A DNA stretch of 40,650 bases from Bacteroidota bacterium (GCA_023417955.1 JAEZDW010000111.1:1-40650), one strand, 5' to 3'. Shown: positions 9,342 through 18,436, counted from the first letter of the stretch. Translations and numbers: made by a program. The notes: generated from the sequence alone by a model not told the origin.

Positions 9342-12300
9342 TTAAAGTGAGAGTCGTAGACCAAAGTTGTAGCGCTTCACAGTGGGGTAAGCGCCCTGAC
9401 CGCCGGCTCCGGCGAAATTGGATTCGCGATCGTCAGGCATCCTCGACCATACCCAGAGGTTGTTACCATTCACAAAAATCCGCAGGGCTGAAAACCCGAG
9501 TTTACCGAGTCCGCCCGCACCGAACGTATAGGCGAGTTCTGCGTTTTTCAATCGCGCATAAGATCCATCAAACAGGAATTGCGTTCCGTTGTAGTAGCTC
9601 GGGGTAGACAGCCATCGCGGTACGACGACATCTGCATCGGGTGTCTCTCTCGACCACCAGGTTCCCATATCGTATACGGTGTTAAGTCGGCTGCCAAAGC
9701 TGTTGAGTGGCACTTCGCGTGTCACGTTGCTCACGCCGTAGAACTGAACAAATCCGCTGAATCCTTTCCATTCAAATCCCAACGTCGCGTTGAAGGTGTT
9801 CTGCGGAGTGTCGGAATAGCCGAATGGAATTCTGTCTGAATCATCTACGATACCATCGCCGTTGAAATCGATGATGTAGTAATCTCCGGGAAGTTTCTGA
9901 TTATCGTTCGTATTCAGTTGTGGGGTTCCATATATCTCATCGTAAGTATTCACGAATCCAGCGTCAACCCATGCCCTGTGTTGATTGATGGCATAGCCGG
10001 CTCGTTTTCGATAATCGTCGTACAGCGCAGGATCATCTGCGTTAAGAATTTTGTTCTTGGAGTGGGTCATATTCAGGTTGGCCCAGAGACGCAGATCATT
10101 TCCTAATGACTTGGTGATATTGAGAACGATTTCAAAACCCTGCGCGCGAACAGATCCAAGGTTCGCTGCCGGCGGCGTCGTACCATAGTAAGAAGGGACA
10201 GCCCGATCTTCGCCGCGGACGATAATATCGAATCTCTTATCGCGGAAGAAATCAACGCTACCTGAGAAAGTTCCCTTCATAAAGGCATAGTCGATACCTG
10301 CGTTGAATTTCCGCACAGTCTCCCAACGCACATCCGGATTTCCAACAGCCTGCTCCCGGAACCACGTGTAGGGGCTGTTACCCTGGTTTAAGTCAAGAGA
10401 CGCATTGCCTCTGTATTCCCATTGGGTCATATACAGCCATCGGAGCGGTTGACCATTCCTCATCAGGTTATCATCACCGATCTCTCCGTAAGAAGCTCTG
10501 ATTTTGAGAAGGTCGAGAAAAGCGATATCGTCGAAGAGCGGTTCCTCTGTTAATGCCCATCCTACCGCGCCGGAATTAAAGAATGCAAAACGGTATTCTT
10601 TGCTGAATCGCTCGGAGCCATTGTACGCTCCGTTGTATTCGATAAAGTACTTGTTGTTGAAATCATATGTTGCCCGGAAAACCCAGTCTTCCCGGAACCG
10701 CGGTATCTGGTGACCGGATGCTCTTTGTTCGCGCATTAACATACCCATGGCGTGGACATTGTGCTTGCCGTAGCTTCGTGTCCAGCTTGGTTGAATTTGA
10801 AAGTTGAGGTTGCGCTCAGTCAGACCGTTATCCACTTGACCCGGTGAGTGATTCCACAATACACCCTGCATAAAATCGAACTTATTGTTCTGATCGTATT
10901 CGATCTTGTAAGTCGCCTTGCCAGTAATGGGATCGATCCACTTTTGTTGTGCATCATTAAAAAGGTCATTCACACCGCGATTGAATTCGACAAATGCATT
11001 ATCCCAGGAAATTGACCCTCTGAAATTCAATCCCTTTGTGATCATGTCCAGTTTTTGCTCCAGAATGAAATCGGTATTTATGCGCGTGTTGGTTGTAGTC
11101 ATTGCGCCTCCAAGTGCCAGGTTGGCGGCGGAGTTGCTCACGTTTGAAATGTCAGGATAATATCCCCATGAGCCATCCGAATACTTCGGCATGAATACAT
11201 CAGGAGCGATGTTATACGCACCTGCCCATTGCTGGGCCACAGCCCAGTCTGAGTTATTCCTCTGGTTCCACGGACTCTTTCTTATACCGTTTGATCCGGA
11301 AAGGTTGACTTTGAAAACCGTGGATTTTGTCAACTGGAAATCGAGGTTACTACGAACATTCAGGCGGTTGAATCCATAACCGGGATCGTAGTTACGGCCG
11401 TTGTCCCACACTCTGAAAAGGTCCCCTTCATACTGAAAGTCTGCCGAAGTAAAGTATTTCAATACGGAGGTACCACCTGAAACACTCAGGTTAGCATTAT
11501 ACGCCATCGCGTAACTTTTGAACAGTTCTTTTTGCCAGTCAATATTCGGATAGCGCTCCGCCTGTTCCACACTTGTCTGATTGCGATAATTTTCAATGAA
11601 AGACTGGGGTCGGATATAGGCCCAGGAATCAGGTGATACCCCCAGCTCGTGCTCAATGGCGACGTTGCGCGCCATCAAAGCGTCGTAGGAGTCATATTTG
11701 TTAGGAAGTCTTGACGGCGCTTTAACGGTTGAACTAAAGGTGAAATCAATTTTGGCTGATCCTTCCTTTCCGCGTTTTGTTGTGATGAGTATTACCCCGT
11801 TGGCACCTTTAACACCAAAGACAGCCGTTGCCGATGCATCTTTCAACACCGAAATGGATTCGACTGCGTTTAGGTCAACGCCGCGCATCGGACGTTCCAC
11901 ACCATCGACCAGAATAAGCGGCTCTCTGTTATTCCAGGAACTTGCTGCGCGAATAAGGATCATCGGATCTTCGTCACCGGGCATACCGCTACTTGACATA
12001 GTTACAACACCGGGGAGGTTACCCGTTAGCGCGGCACCCACGTTTGATACACCACCGGCACGTTGAAGCACCGCTCCGGAGGTCTGGGTGATTGAACCCA
12101 CGATACTCTCCTTCTTCTGTTCACCGTAACCAACGATTACGACTTCAGACAGCGCAACTACGTCACCCGTGAGGGTTATATTGATAACAGCGTTCTGACC
12201 CACAACGACTTCCTGGGTCACATATCCAATGGAACTGAATACCAGCACAGATTCTGCCGAGGGAACATTCAGACTATATCTTCCGTCTGCATCGGTTACG

Positions 12301-12569
12301 GTTCCCGTTGTGGTTCCTTTTACAATCACGTTTACCCCGGGCAGGCCTTCGTTATTTTCCGGGTCGATTACACGCCCTGAGACTGCGCGCTGCTGAAGGA
12401 AAAAGATTTCTTTAGTCGGACTTGTAAATTCTTCCCCGACCGTTTCGCTATGGAATCCGGTACTGAGGTCCGATGCCGACAGTACTCCGACCATTAAGCA
12501 CTGAACACAGATACCGGTCAGGGTATGTTTCATTACTTGCCGGATTTGTCGTGGTAATTGTCTTATCAT
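9342..12569 (-). CDS. susC: SusC/RagA TonB-dependent transporter (XusA-like)
   Basis: Probable start ATG 12569 (MIRQLPRQ...). CarboxypepD_reg-like domain (VSGRVID...LPGVNVIVKGTTTGTVTDADGRY); SusC signature ISVLKDASATAVFGVKGANGVILITTKRG. The exact start is uncertain (12533-12614). Confidence 0.95.
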   Translation of the reverse strand: MIRQLPRQIRQVMKHTLTGICVQCLMVGVLSASDLSTGFHSETVGEEFTSPTKEIFFLQQRAVSGRVIDPENNEGLPGVNVIVKGTTTGTVTDADGRYSLNVPSAESVLVFSSIGYVTQEVVVGQNAVINITLTGDVVALSEVVIVGYGEQKKESIVGSITQTSGAVLQRAGGVSNVGAALTGNLPGVVTMSSSGMPGDEDPMILIRAASSWNNREPLILVDGVERPMRGVDLNAVESISVLKDASATAVFGVKGANGVILITTKRGKEGSAKIDFTFSSTVKAPSRLPNKYDSYDALMARNVAIEHELGVSPDSWAYIRPQSFIENYRNQTSVEQAERYPNIDWQKELFKSYAMAYNANLSVSGGTSVLKYFTSADFQYEGDLFRVWDNGRNYDPGYGFNRLNVRSNLDFQLTKSTVFKVNLSGSNGIRKSPWNQRNNSDWAVAQQWAGAYNIAPDVFMPKYSDGSWGYYPDISNVSNSAANLALGGAMTTTNTRINTDFILEQKLDMITKGLNFRGSISWDNAFVEFNRGVNDLFNDAQQKWIDPITGKATYKIEYDQNNKFDFMQGVLWNHSPGQVDNGLTERNLNFQIQPSWTRSYGKHNVHAMGMLMREQRASGHQIPRFREDWVFRATYDFNNKYFIEYNGAYNGSERFSKEYRFAFFNSGAVGWALTEEPLFDDIAFLDLLKIRASYGEIGDDNLMRNGQPLRWLYMTQWEYRGNASLDLNQGNSPYTWFREQAVGNPDVRWETVRKFNAGIDYAFMKGTFSGSVDFFRDKRFDIIVRGEDRAVPSYYGTTPPAANLGSVRAQGFEIVLNITKSLGNDLRLWANLNMTHSKNKILNADDPALYDDYRKRAGYAINQHRAWVDAGFVNTYDEIYGTPQLNTNDNQKLPGDYYIIDFNGDGIVDDSDRIPFGYSDTPQNTFNATLGFEWKGFSGFVQFYGVSNVTREVPLNSFGSRLNTVYDMGTWWSRETPDADVVVPRWLSTPSYYNGTQFLFDGSYARLKNAELAYTFGAGGLGKLGFSALRIFVNGNNLWVWSRMPDDRESNFAGAGGQGAYPTVKRYNFGLRLSL

Positions 12570-13012
12570 AGGTTGATGGTTCATTGTGCGAAAATTCAAA
12601 CAGGTAGCCTCCACGCATGTATTCTGAAGTGGGGCAGGATTGCTTACTTGTCAGCTGGTATTGATCAGTGTTTCCATAGTTTTTTCGATTCTTTTGAGAG
12701 GAGCTGCCGGAACCGTCGCTCCAGGATGAGAAACAAGAATTTTCAGGCAGTATCTGGTGTATAATTTCTGCCGGGAGAAACCCGTTCGGGGTGTGCAATT
12801 TTGTAAGGGTATTGCTCCTGGATTTCCCCGTCTTGATGCCAGCGTCATTGTAAGACGCAGCTGCTTGCCTCAGGCCGGGCACTGCTCCGGATCGAGTAAG
12901 ACGGGCGCGTGTCGGGGACTTTTCGATTAGCTTGACCAATCTGCTCACAGCCATTTCGGGGGTTCAAAGGTTTGGTTGGCCGACTTCTGTCGCTCAAAAG
13001 ATCAATCGTTCG

Positions 13013-13026
13013 AGAAACCGTTTGCA
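13013..13026 (-). promoter_or_regulatory. Putative LacI-family operator just downstream of the predicted PUL transcription start
   Basis: Minus strand reads TGCAAACGGTTTCT, matching TGnAAnCGnTTnCA at every defined position except the last. Confidence 0.5.
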
Positions 13027-13037
13027 GTCGACGTAAA

Positions 13038-13065
13038 CAAATATATCCCCGGCGCGCGGCCACAA
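13038..13065 (-). promoter_or_regulatory. Bacteroidota primary-sigma promoter for the xylan PUL
   Basis: Minus strand TTG-N17-TATATTTG; the -7 box is a perfect TAnnTTTG at 13038-13045. Confidence 0.7.
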
Positions 13066-13074
13066 GGCTATGAT

Positions 13075-13104
13075 TATGTTACACGCTTTACTCTGTATGT
13101 TACA
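13075..13104 (-). promoter_or_regulatory. Direct repeat with 21-bp period, putative HTCS/AraC-type activator site
   Basis: TATGTTACA at 13075-13083 and 13096-13104, immediately upstream of the -33 element. Confidence 0.65.
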
Positions 13105-13718
13105 TCTTTATAAAGTACTGTTTTATAAGTCATTGCACGCGAATCGAGCCGGAGTGGTTTTGCATTCCGTTGCGGGTAGTAGCACATTTGAGACATATTT
13201 GTCGAGAAAGTTTTAGCGATCCGAAGAAGCCAATGGCCGCGCGTTGCGCTAAAGTGAAAGCATTCATATCGTTTTCCCGGTTGCCCGGTATTTACCGCAA
13301 AATCCGCAATCGGGAGAAGCCCTGCCCACGCCAGCCACCGCGCACCCTTTCCAAATGCTGGTCGACCGCACCCGAACCCAAATTGCGTCCAGCACGCGTT
13401 TGCCGCGAACAAACCACAAAAAGATGGCGTGCAAATCTCCACAAAGAGGAACCCTGTTTTCTGATGGGCTCCCGAGGGGTATCTAACAGGCTCCTTCGGT
13501 CACGAAGGAGGGGAAATCCGGATTAGAGTTTTTCGAAGCATATCACTTTCCTACGTTAAGGACTCCGCGAAATCTCAGTCTCTGTCGAAACATTCCCATG
13601 GTTTTCAGTTCATGGATTGGCCACTTGTAAGCGAACATCCACCCGTTCCGCTATCCCGCCATTTAAATAATCTAAAAGCATATGTTATAAAATCGTCCAA
13701 TAAGCGGTTTGTTTGTCC

Positions 13719-13760
13719 TATCTTTTGAGATGTCTTGGTTCCCGGTTTTGGGAAGGGACA
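13719..13760 (+). promoter_or_regulatory. Candidate -7 box and 5'-end hairpin of the tld operon
   Basis: TATCTTTT (13719-13726) has one mismatch to TAnnTTTG. It is followed by the hairpin TGTCTT-gg-TTCCC...GGGAA-GGGACA (13731-13760) and an A-rich start context. No clear -33 box. Confidence 0.4.
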
Positions 13761-13784
13761 ACTTATTAACCTAAAAAGCCTAGA

Positions 13785-15425
13785 ATGAAGAGAAGAAATT
13801 TTGTCCAGCTGGCCGGGCTGGGTGTGGGCGGAATGTTGCTTCCGTTATATGTTCCCGGAAATCCAATACCGGTTGAAGCCCTTCTAGACTCTCCTCTCGC
13901 GGTCGAAGAGAAAAAACGGTTGGCGGACATTGCGCTTAATACGGCCCGTAGTTCGGGAGCCACGTATGCCGACATACGCATCGGGCGCTACCTGAACCAA
14001 TTCATTACCACCCGCGAGGAAAAAGTCCAGAACATTGTAAATACCGAATCGTTCGGTGCAGGTATTCGTGTTATCGCGAACGGCACGTGGGGGTTTGCTG
14101 CCACGAATGAAGTTACAGCTGACGGTATAAAGCGTGCCACGTCGCAGGCAATAGCAATTGCAAAGGCGAATTCGAAGTTTCAAAAAGAACCCGTAACACT
14201 TGCCCCTGTAAAAGGTTACGGCGAAGTCAAATGGAACACAAAAATCACAAAGAATGCTTTTGAGATTCCGGTCTCTGAAAAAGTAGAACTTCTTCTCAAT
14301 GCAAATAACGCCGCCATTGAAAACGGTGCCTCTTTCGTGAACTCAAACCTGTTCATGGTAAATGAACAGAAATACTTTGCCTCGACCGACGGATCCTACA
14401 TCGATCAGGATATCCACCGGATTTGGCCTACCTTCAACGTAACAGCGGTGGATAAAGCGTCAGGAAAATTCAAGACACGTCAGGCGCTGAGTGCACCAAT
14501 GGGAATGGGTTACGAATATCTGGACGCACGCAAAGAAGACAAAATCAGTGGGCCGATGGGAACGGTGTTCTATAAGAACAGCTATGACATCGTTGAGGAT
14601 TCTGTTCTTGCAGCAAAACAGGCGCGGGAAATGGTATCTGCAAAATCTGTTGAGCCTGGTAAATACGACATGGTCCTCGAACCCAATCATCTCGGGTTAA
14701 CCATTCACGAATCCATCGGTCACCCTCTTGAACTCGATCGCGTACTTGGATACGAAGCCAACTATGCCGGAACGAGTTTTGCCACACTCGATAAATGGAA
14801 GAGCGGTAACTTCAAATATGGCAGCGACATTGTAAACATTGTAGCCGATAAGACACAGGCTAACTCCCTGGGAGCAGCAGGTTTTGATGATGAAGGCGTA
14901 CAGTGCAGGGAATGGGATCTCATTAAAGACGGTGTGCTTGTTAACTATCAGGCTATCCGCGATCAGGCACACATCATAGACCAAAAAGAATCACACGGAT
15001 GCTGTTATTCGCAGAGCTGGAGCGACGTTCAGTTTCAGCGTATGCCCAATGTATCGCTGAGGCCGGGTAAAGAAAAATACTCGGCCGAGGACATGATCCG
15101 CGATGTAGAAAAAGGAATATTCATTGCGGGCAGAGGCTCATATAGTATAGACCAACAACGCTATAACTTCCAGTTTGGCGGAACGGTCTTCTTTGAAATA
15201 AAGAACGGCAAGATTACCGGAATGTTGAATGACGTTGCTTACCAGTCCAACACACAAGAATTCTGGAACAGCTGCGTAAAGATATGTGACGCAAGCGACT
15301 ACAGGCTTTTCGGATCGTTCTTTGACGGAAAAGGACAACCTTCACAGGTTAGTGCTGTTTCGCATGGAAGTTCAACAGCTCGTTTTAATGGAATCAATGT
15401 AATTAATACCGGACGAACACTCTGA
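13785..15425 (+). CDS. tldD: TldD-family metalloprotease with Tat signal (paralogue 1)
   Basis: N-terminus MKRRNFVQLAG; GAGIRVIANGTWGFA; HESIGHPLELD metal motif (H308); GFDDEG; QRMPNV. Confidence 0.92.
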   Translation: MKRRNFVQLAGLGVGGMLLPLYVPGNPIPVEALLDSPLAVEEKKRLADIALNTARSSGATYADIRIGRYLNQFITTREEKVQNIVNTESFGAGIRVIANGTWGFAATNEVTADGIKRATSQAIAIAKANSKFQKEPVTLAPVKGYGEVKWNTKITKNAFEIPVSEKVELLLNANNAAIENGASFVNSNLFMVNEQKYFASTDGSYIDQDIHRIWPTFNVTAVDKASGKFKTRQALSAPMGMGYEYLDARKEDKISGPMGTVFYKNSYDIVEDSVLAAKQAREMVSAKSVEPGKYDMVLEPNHLGLTIHESIGHPLELDRVLGYEANYAGTSFATLDKWKSGNFKYGSDIVNIVADKTQANSLGAAGFDDEGVQCREWDLIKDGVLVNYQAIRDQAHIIDQKESHGCCYSQSWSDVQFQRMPNVSLRPGKEKYSAEDMIRDVEKGIFIAGRGSYSIDQQRYNFQFGGTVFFEIKNGKITGMLNDVAYQSNTQEFWNSCVKICDASDYRLFGSFFDGKGQPSQVSAVSHGSSTARFNGINVINTGRTL

Positions 15426-15429
15426 TCAT

Positions 15430-17070
15430 ATGCGAAGACGAGATTTTATACAACTTGCAGGGATTAGCGCAGGCGCGCTGGCGCTTCCGATTTCATCTTT
15501 TGCAAAATCTGTGGATGCAGCACGCCTGCTTGAACCCGGATTGGATGCGACTCAGAAAAAGAAACTTGCCGATATCGGACTGAACGCTGCAAAGAGCAAA
15601 GGCGCTTCGTACGCCGACGTGAGAATCGGGCGGTACCTGAATCAATTCGTCACTACCCGCGAGGACAAAGTTCAGAGTATTGTCAACACGGAGTCTTTCG
15701 GATGCGGAGTTCGTGTTATAGCGAATGGTACGTGGGGATTTGCGTCAACCAACGATGTTACGCCTGATGGAATCACAAAAGCTGCAGCGCAGGCTGTTGC
15801 CATCGCAAAGGCAAATGGGCGTGTACAAAAAGAGCCGGTGAATCTGGTTCCTGTTAAGGCGCACGGGGATCAGGTTTATAAGACACCAATTGTGAAGAAC
15901 GGCTTTGAAGTTCCGATCAAAGACAAGGTAGATTTGCTTCTGAAAGCCAATGATGCTGCCATGGCAAAGGGTGCCAACTTTATCAATTCTGTTCTTTTCC
16001 TCGTTAACGAACAAAAGTATTTCGCCTCAACGGAAGGTTCTTACATTGATCAGGACATACACCGCACGTGGCCGAACTTCCAGGTGACAGTGGTCGATAC
16101 GAAGTCGGGGCAGTTCAAACAACGCGCGGCGTTCAGCGCTCCCGTTGGAATGGGTTTTGAATACCTCGACGGTCGTGCCGAGGACAAGATTCAGGGTCCG
16201 GGCAATACCATTCTCTACAATAAATCATACGACATCATTGAAGATGCAGCGATGGCGGCTGAACAGGGCAAAGAGATCCTGGCAGCAAAATCGGTTGAAC
16301 CAGGAAAGTACGATCTGGTACTGGAGCCGTCGCACCTTTGGCTGACGATACATGAATCAGTAGGCCACCCGTTAGAGCTCGACCGTGTATTGGGCTTCGA
16401 AGCTAATTATGCAGGTACAAGCTTTGCGACTCTCGACAAATGGAAATCCGGAAAATTCAACTACGGAAGCAAGAACGTTACGCTCATTGCCGACAAAATG
16501 CAGGAAGGTTCGCTGGGTGCCGTTGGCTTTGATGACGAAGGTGTGAAGACCAAACGCTGGGATCTTGTTAAGGACGGAGTCCTGGTAAATTATCAGGCAA
16601 TTCGCGACCAGGCTCATATCATCGGTGAAAAAGAATCCCACGGATGTTGTTACGCCGACAGCTGGAATAGCGTACAGTTCCAACGAATGCCCAATGTTTC
16701 ACTTGCGCCCGGTAAGGAGCAGCTCACGCCTGAACAAATGATCTCAAACGTCGACAAGGGAATCTACATCGTGAAAGACGGATCCTATTCGATTGACCAG
16801 CAGCGATACAACTTCCAGTTCGGCGGAGTCTTATTCTATGAAATCAAAAACGGAAAGATTGCGGGCATGCTAAAAGACGTGGCGTATCAGTCGAACACGC
16901 AGGAATTCTGGAACTCATGTGTTCAGGTTTGCGACGAACGTGACTACCGATTGAACGGCTCCTTCTTCGACGGAAAGGGTCAACCCAGTCAGTCGAGTGC
17001 CGTATCCCACGGTTCGTCTACTGCCCGTTTTAACGGCATCAACGTCATCAATACAGGACGCACACTATAA
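15430..17070 (+). CDS. tldD: TldD-family metalloprotease with Tat signal (paralogue 2)
   Basis: N-terminus MRRRDFIQLAG; HESVGHPLELD (H308); same length (546 aa) and register as paralogue 1. Confidence 0.92.
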   Translation: MRRRDFIQLAGISAGALALPISSFAKSVDAARLLEPGLDATQKKKLADIGLNAAKSKGASYADVRIGRYLNQFVTTREDKVQSIVNTESFGCGVRVIANGTWGFASTNDVTPDGITKAAAQAVAIAKANGRVQKEPVNLVPVKAHGDQVYKTPIVKNGFEVPIKDKVDLLLKANDAAMAKGANFINSVLFLVNEQKYFASTEGSYIDQDIHRTWPNFQVTVVDTKSGQFKQRAAFSAPVGMGFEYLDGRAEDKIQGPGNTILYNKSYDIIEDAAMAAEQGKEILAAKSVEPGKYDLVLEPSHLWLTIHESVGHPLELDRVLGFEANYAGTSFATLDKWKSGKFNYGSKNVTLIADKMQEGSLGAVGFDDEGVKTKRWDLVKDGVLVNYQAIRDQAHIIGEKESHGCCYADSWNSVQFQRMPNVSLAPGKEQLTPEQMISNVDKGIYIVKDGSYSIDQQRYNFQFGGVLFYEIKNGKIAGMLKDVAYQSNTQEFWNSCVQVCDERDYRLNGSFFDGKGQPSQSSAVSHGSSTARFNGINVINTGRTL

Positions 17071-17096
17071 TAACCAATAACCGAAACGTAATTACA

Positions 17097-18413
17097 ATGG
17101 CTATATACTCTAAAGAAGAAGCAAAGCAGATCCTGGAAAAGGTAATTTCATATTCGAAAGCCGATGGCTGCCAGGCTGTCTTAAACGGATCCAACGAAGG
17201 AAATATCCGTTACGCCAGAAATACGGTATCCACCGCTGGCGAAAACAGCAACGTTACGCTTGCTGTACAAAGCTATTTTGGAAAAAAGTCCGGCGTTGCC
17301 ACCGTGAATGAGTTTGATGCCGCCTCCCTTGAAAAAGTTGTGAAGCGATCCGAGGAACTCGCTCAACTCGCTCCACCGAATCCCGAGTTTATGGAACCTC
17401 TGGGCCAGCAGCAATACGGTGAGTCAAAAACCTTTAAGGAAGCCACAGCGAAGATCAATCCGGATTATCGTGCCCAGGCGGCCGCGTACAGTATTGAATC
17501 GGCGGCTGCAAAAAAGATCACTGCAGCGGGATATCTCGAAGACGAGGATGGATTCAGTGCCATAATGAATTCGAAGGGACTCTTTGCGTACAACCGCGCC
17601 ACCGAGGTGAACTTCACCGTTACCATGCGTACCGAAGACGGCACCGGTTCGGGATGGGTTACACGCGACTTCAATGATGTATCCAAACTCAATACCGCGG
17701 AAGCGTCTAAAGTCGCTATTGAAAAAGCTATTCAAAGCCAGAATGCTAAAGCCATAGAGCCGGGAAAATATACCGTAATTCTCGAACCTGCGGCTGCTGC
17801 TGATCTCATCAGGAACATGCGCTTCAACATGGGCGCAAGACAGGCCGACGAGGGCAGAAGCTTTCTTTCAAAGAAAGGTGGTGGAACAAAACTCAATGAG
17901 AAAATCGTTGACGAACGTATAACGATGTACACCGATCCTTTTAACGACGACGTGCCTGCTTCACCGTGGACTGGCGATGGTCTCGCAAGAAAGAAGATGG
18001 ACCTGATTCGTAACGGTGTTGTAAAGAACCTTTTCTATGATCGTTACTGGGCATCTCAGAAAAATGTCGAACCCGTTCCTTTTCCGGGGAACGTTATCAT
18101 AGACGGAGGAAACGCGTCGCTTGAAGATCTTATCAAAGACACCAAACGTGGTATTCTTGTTACGCGGCTTTGGTACATACGAAGTGTCGACCCTCAGACG
18201 CTGCTCTATACAGGACTGACGCGCGACGGTACATTCTATATCGAAAACGGAAAGATCAAACACCCGGTTAAGAACTTCCGGTTCAACGAAAGCCCGGTGA
18301 TTATGTTGAATAACCTCGAGACACTTGGAAAGCAGGTGCGCATAAACGGCGACCTTATTCCGTATATGAAAATCAGGGATTTCACATTCACCAGCCTGTC
18401 GGACGCCGTTTAG
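17097..18413 (+). CDS. tldE: TldE/PmbA-family partner subunit (no HExxxH, no signal peptide)
   Basis: PGKYTVILEPAAAADL, GRSFL, TGLTRDGTFYIENGKIKHPVKNFRFNES; directly follows the two tldD genes. Confidence 0.88.
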   Translation: MAIYSKEEAKQILEKVISYSKADGCQAVLNGSNEGNIRYARNTVSTAGENSNVTLAVQSYFGKKSGVATVNEFDAASLEKVVKRSEELAQLAPPNPEFMEPLGQQQYGESKTFKEATAKINPDYRAQAAAYSIESAAAKKITAAGYLEDEDGFSAIMNSKGLFAYNRATEVNFTVTMRTEDGTGSGWVTRDFNDVSKLNTAEASKVAIEKAIQSQNAKAIEPGKYTVILEPAAAADLIRNMRFNMGARQADEGRSFLSKKGGGTKLNEKIVDERITMYTDPFNDDVPASPWTGDGLARKKMDLIRNGVVKNLFYDRYWASQKNVEPVPFPGNVIIDGGNASLEDLIKDTKRGILVTRLWYIRSVDPQTLLYTGLTRDGTFYIENGKIKHPVKNFRFNESPVIMLNNLETLGKQVRINGDLIPYMKIRDFTFTSLSDAV

Positions 18414-18436
18414 CCGAATACGTGATTCAGACAATG

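Noticed and set aside
12826..12906. Hammerhead- or TPP-like words (CTGAG, GAAA) in the leader
   Set aside because: The core reads CUGAGGC rather than CUGAnGA or CUGAGA, and the other conserved elements are missing.
12820..13519. 10-bp inverted repeat GGATTTCCCC / GGGGAAATCC flanking the PUL promoter (possible invertible promoter)
   Set aside because: A 10-bp inverted match is roughly expected by chance in 1.2 kb, and there is no recombinase gene in the window.
12448..13526. ORFs 12448-12954 (-), 12845-13063 (-), 13074-13442 (-) and 13170-13526 (+)
   Set aside because: No recognisable motifs, atypical composition, and they overlap the promoter elements or the susC start.
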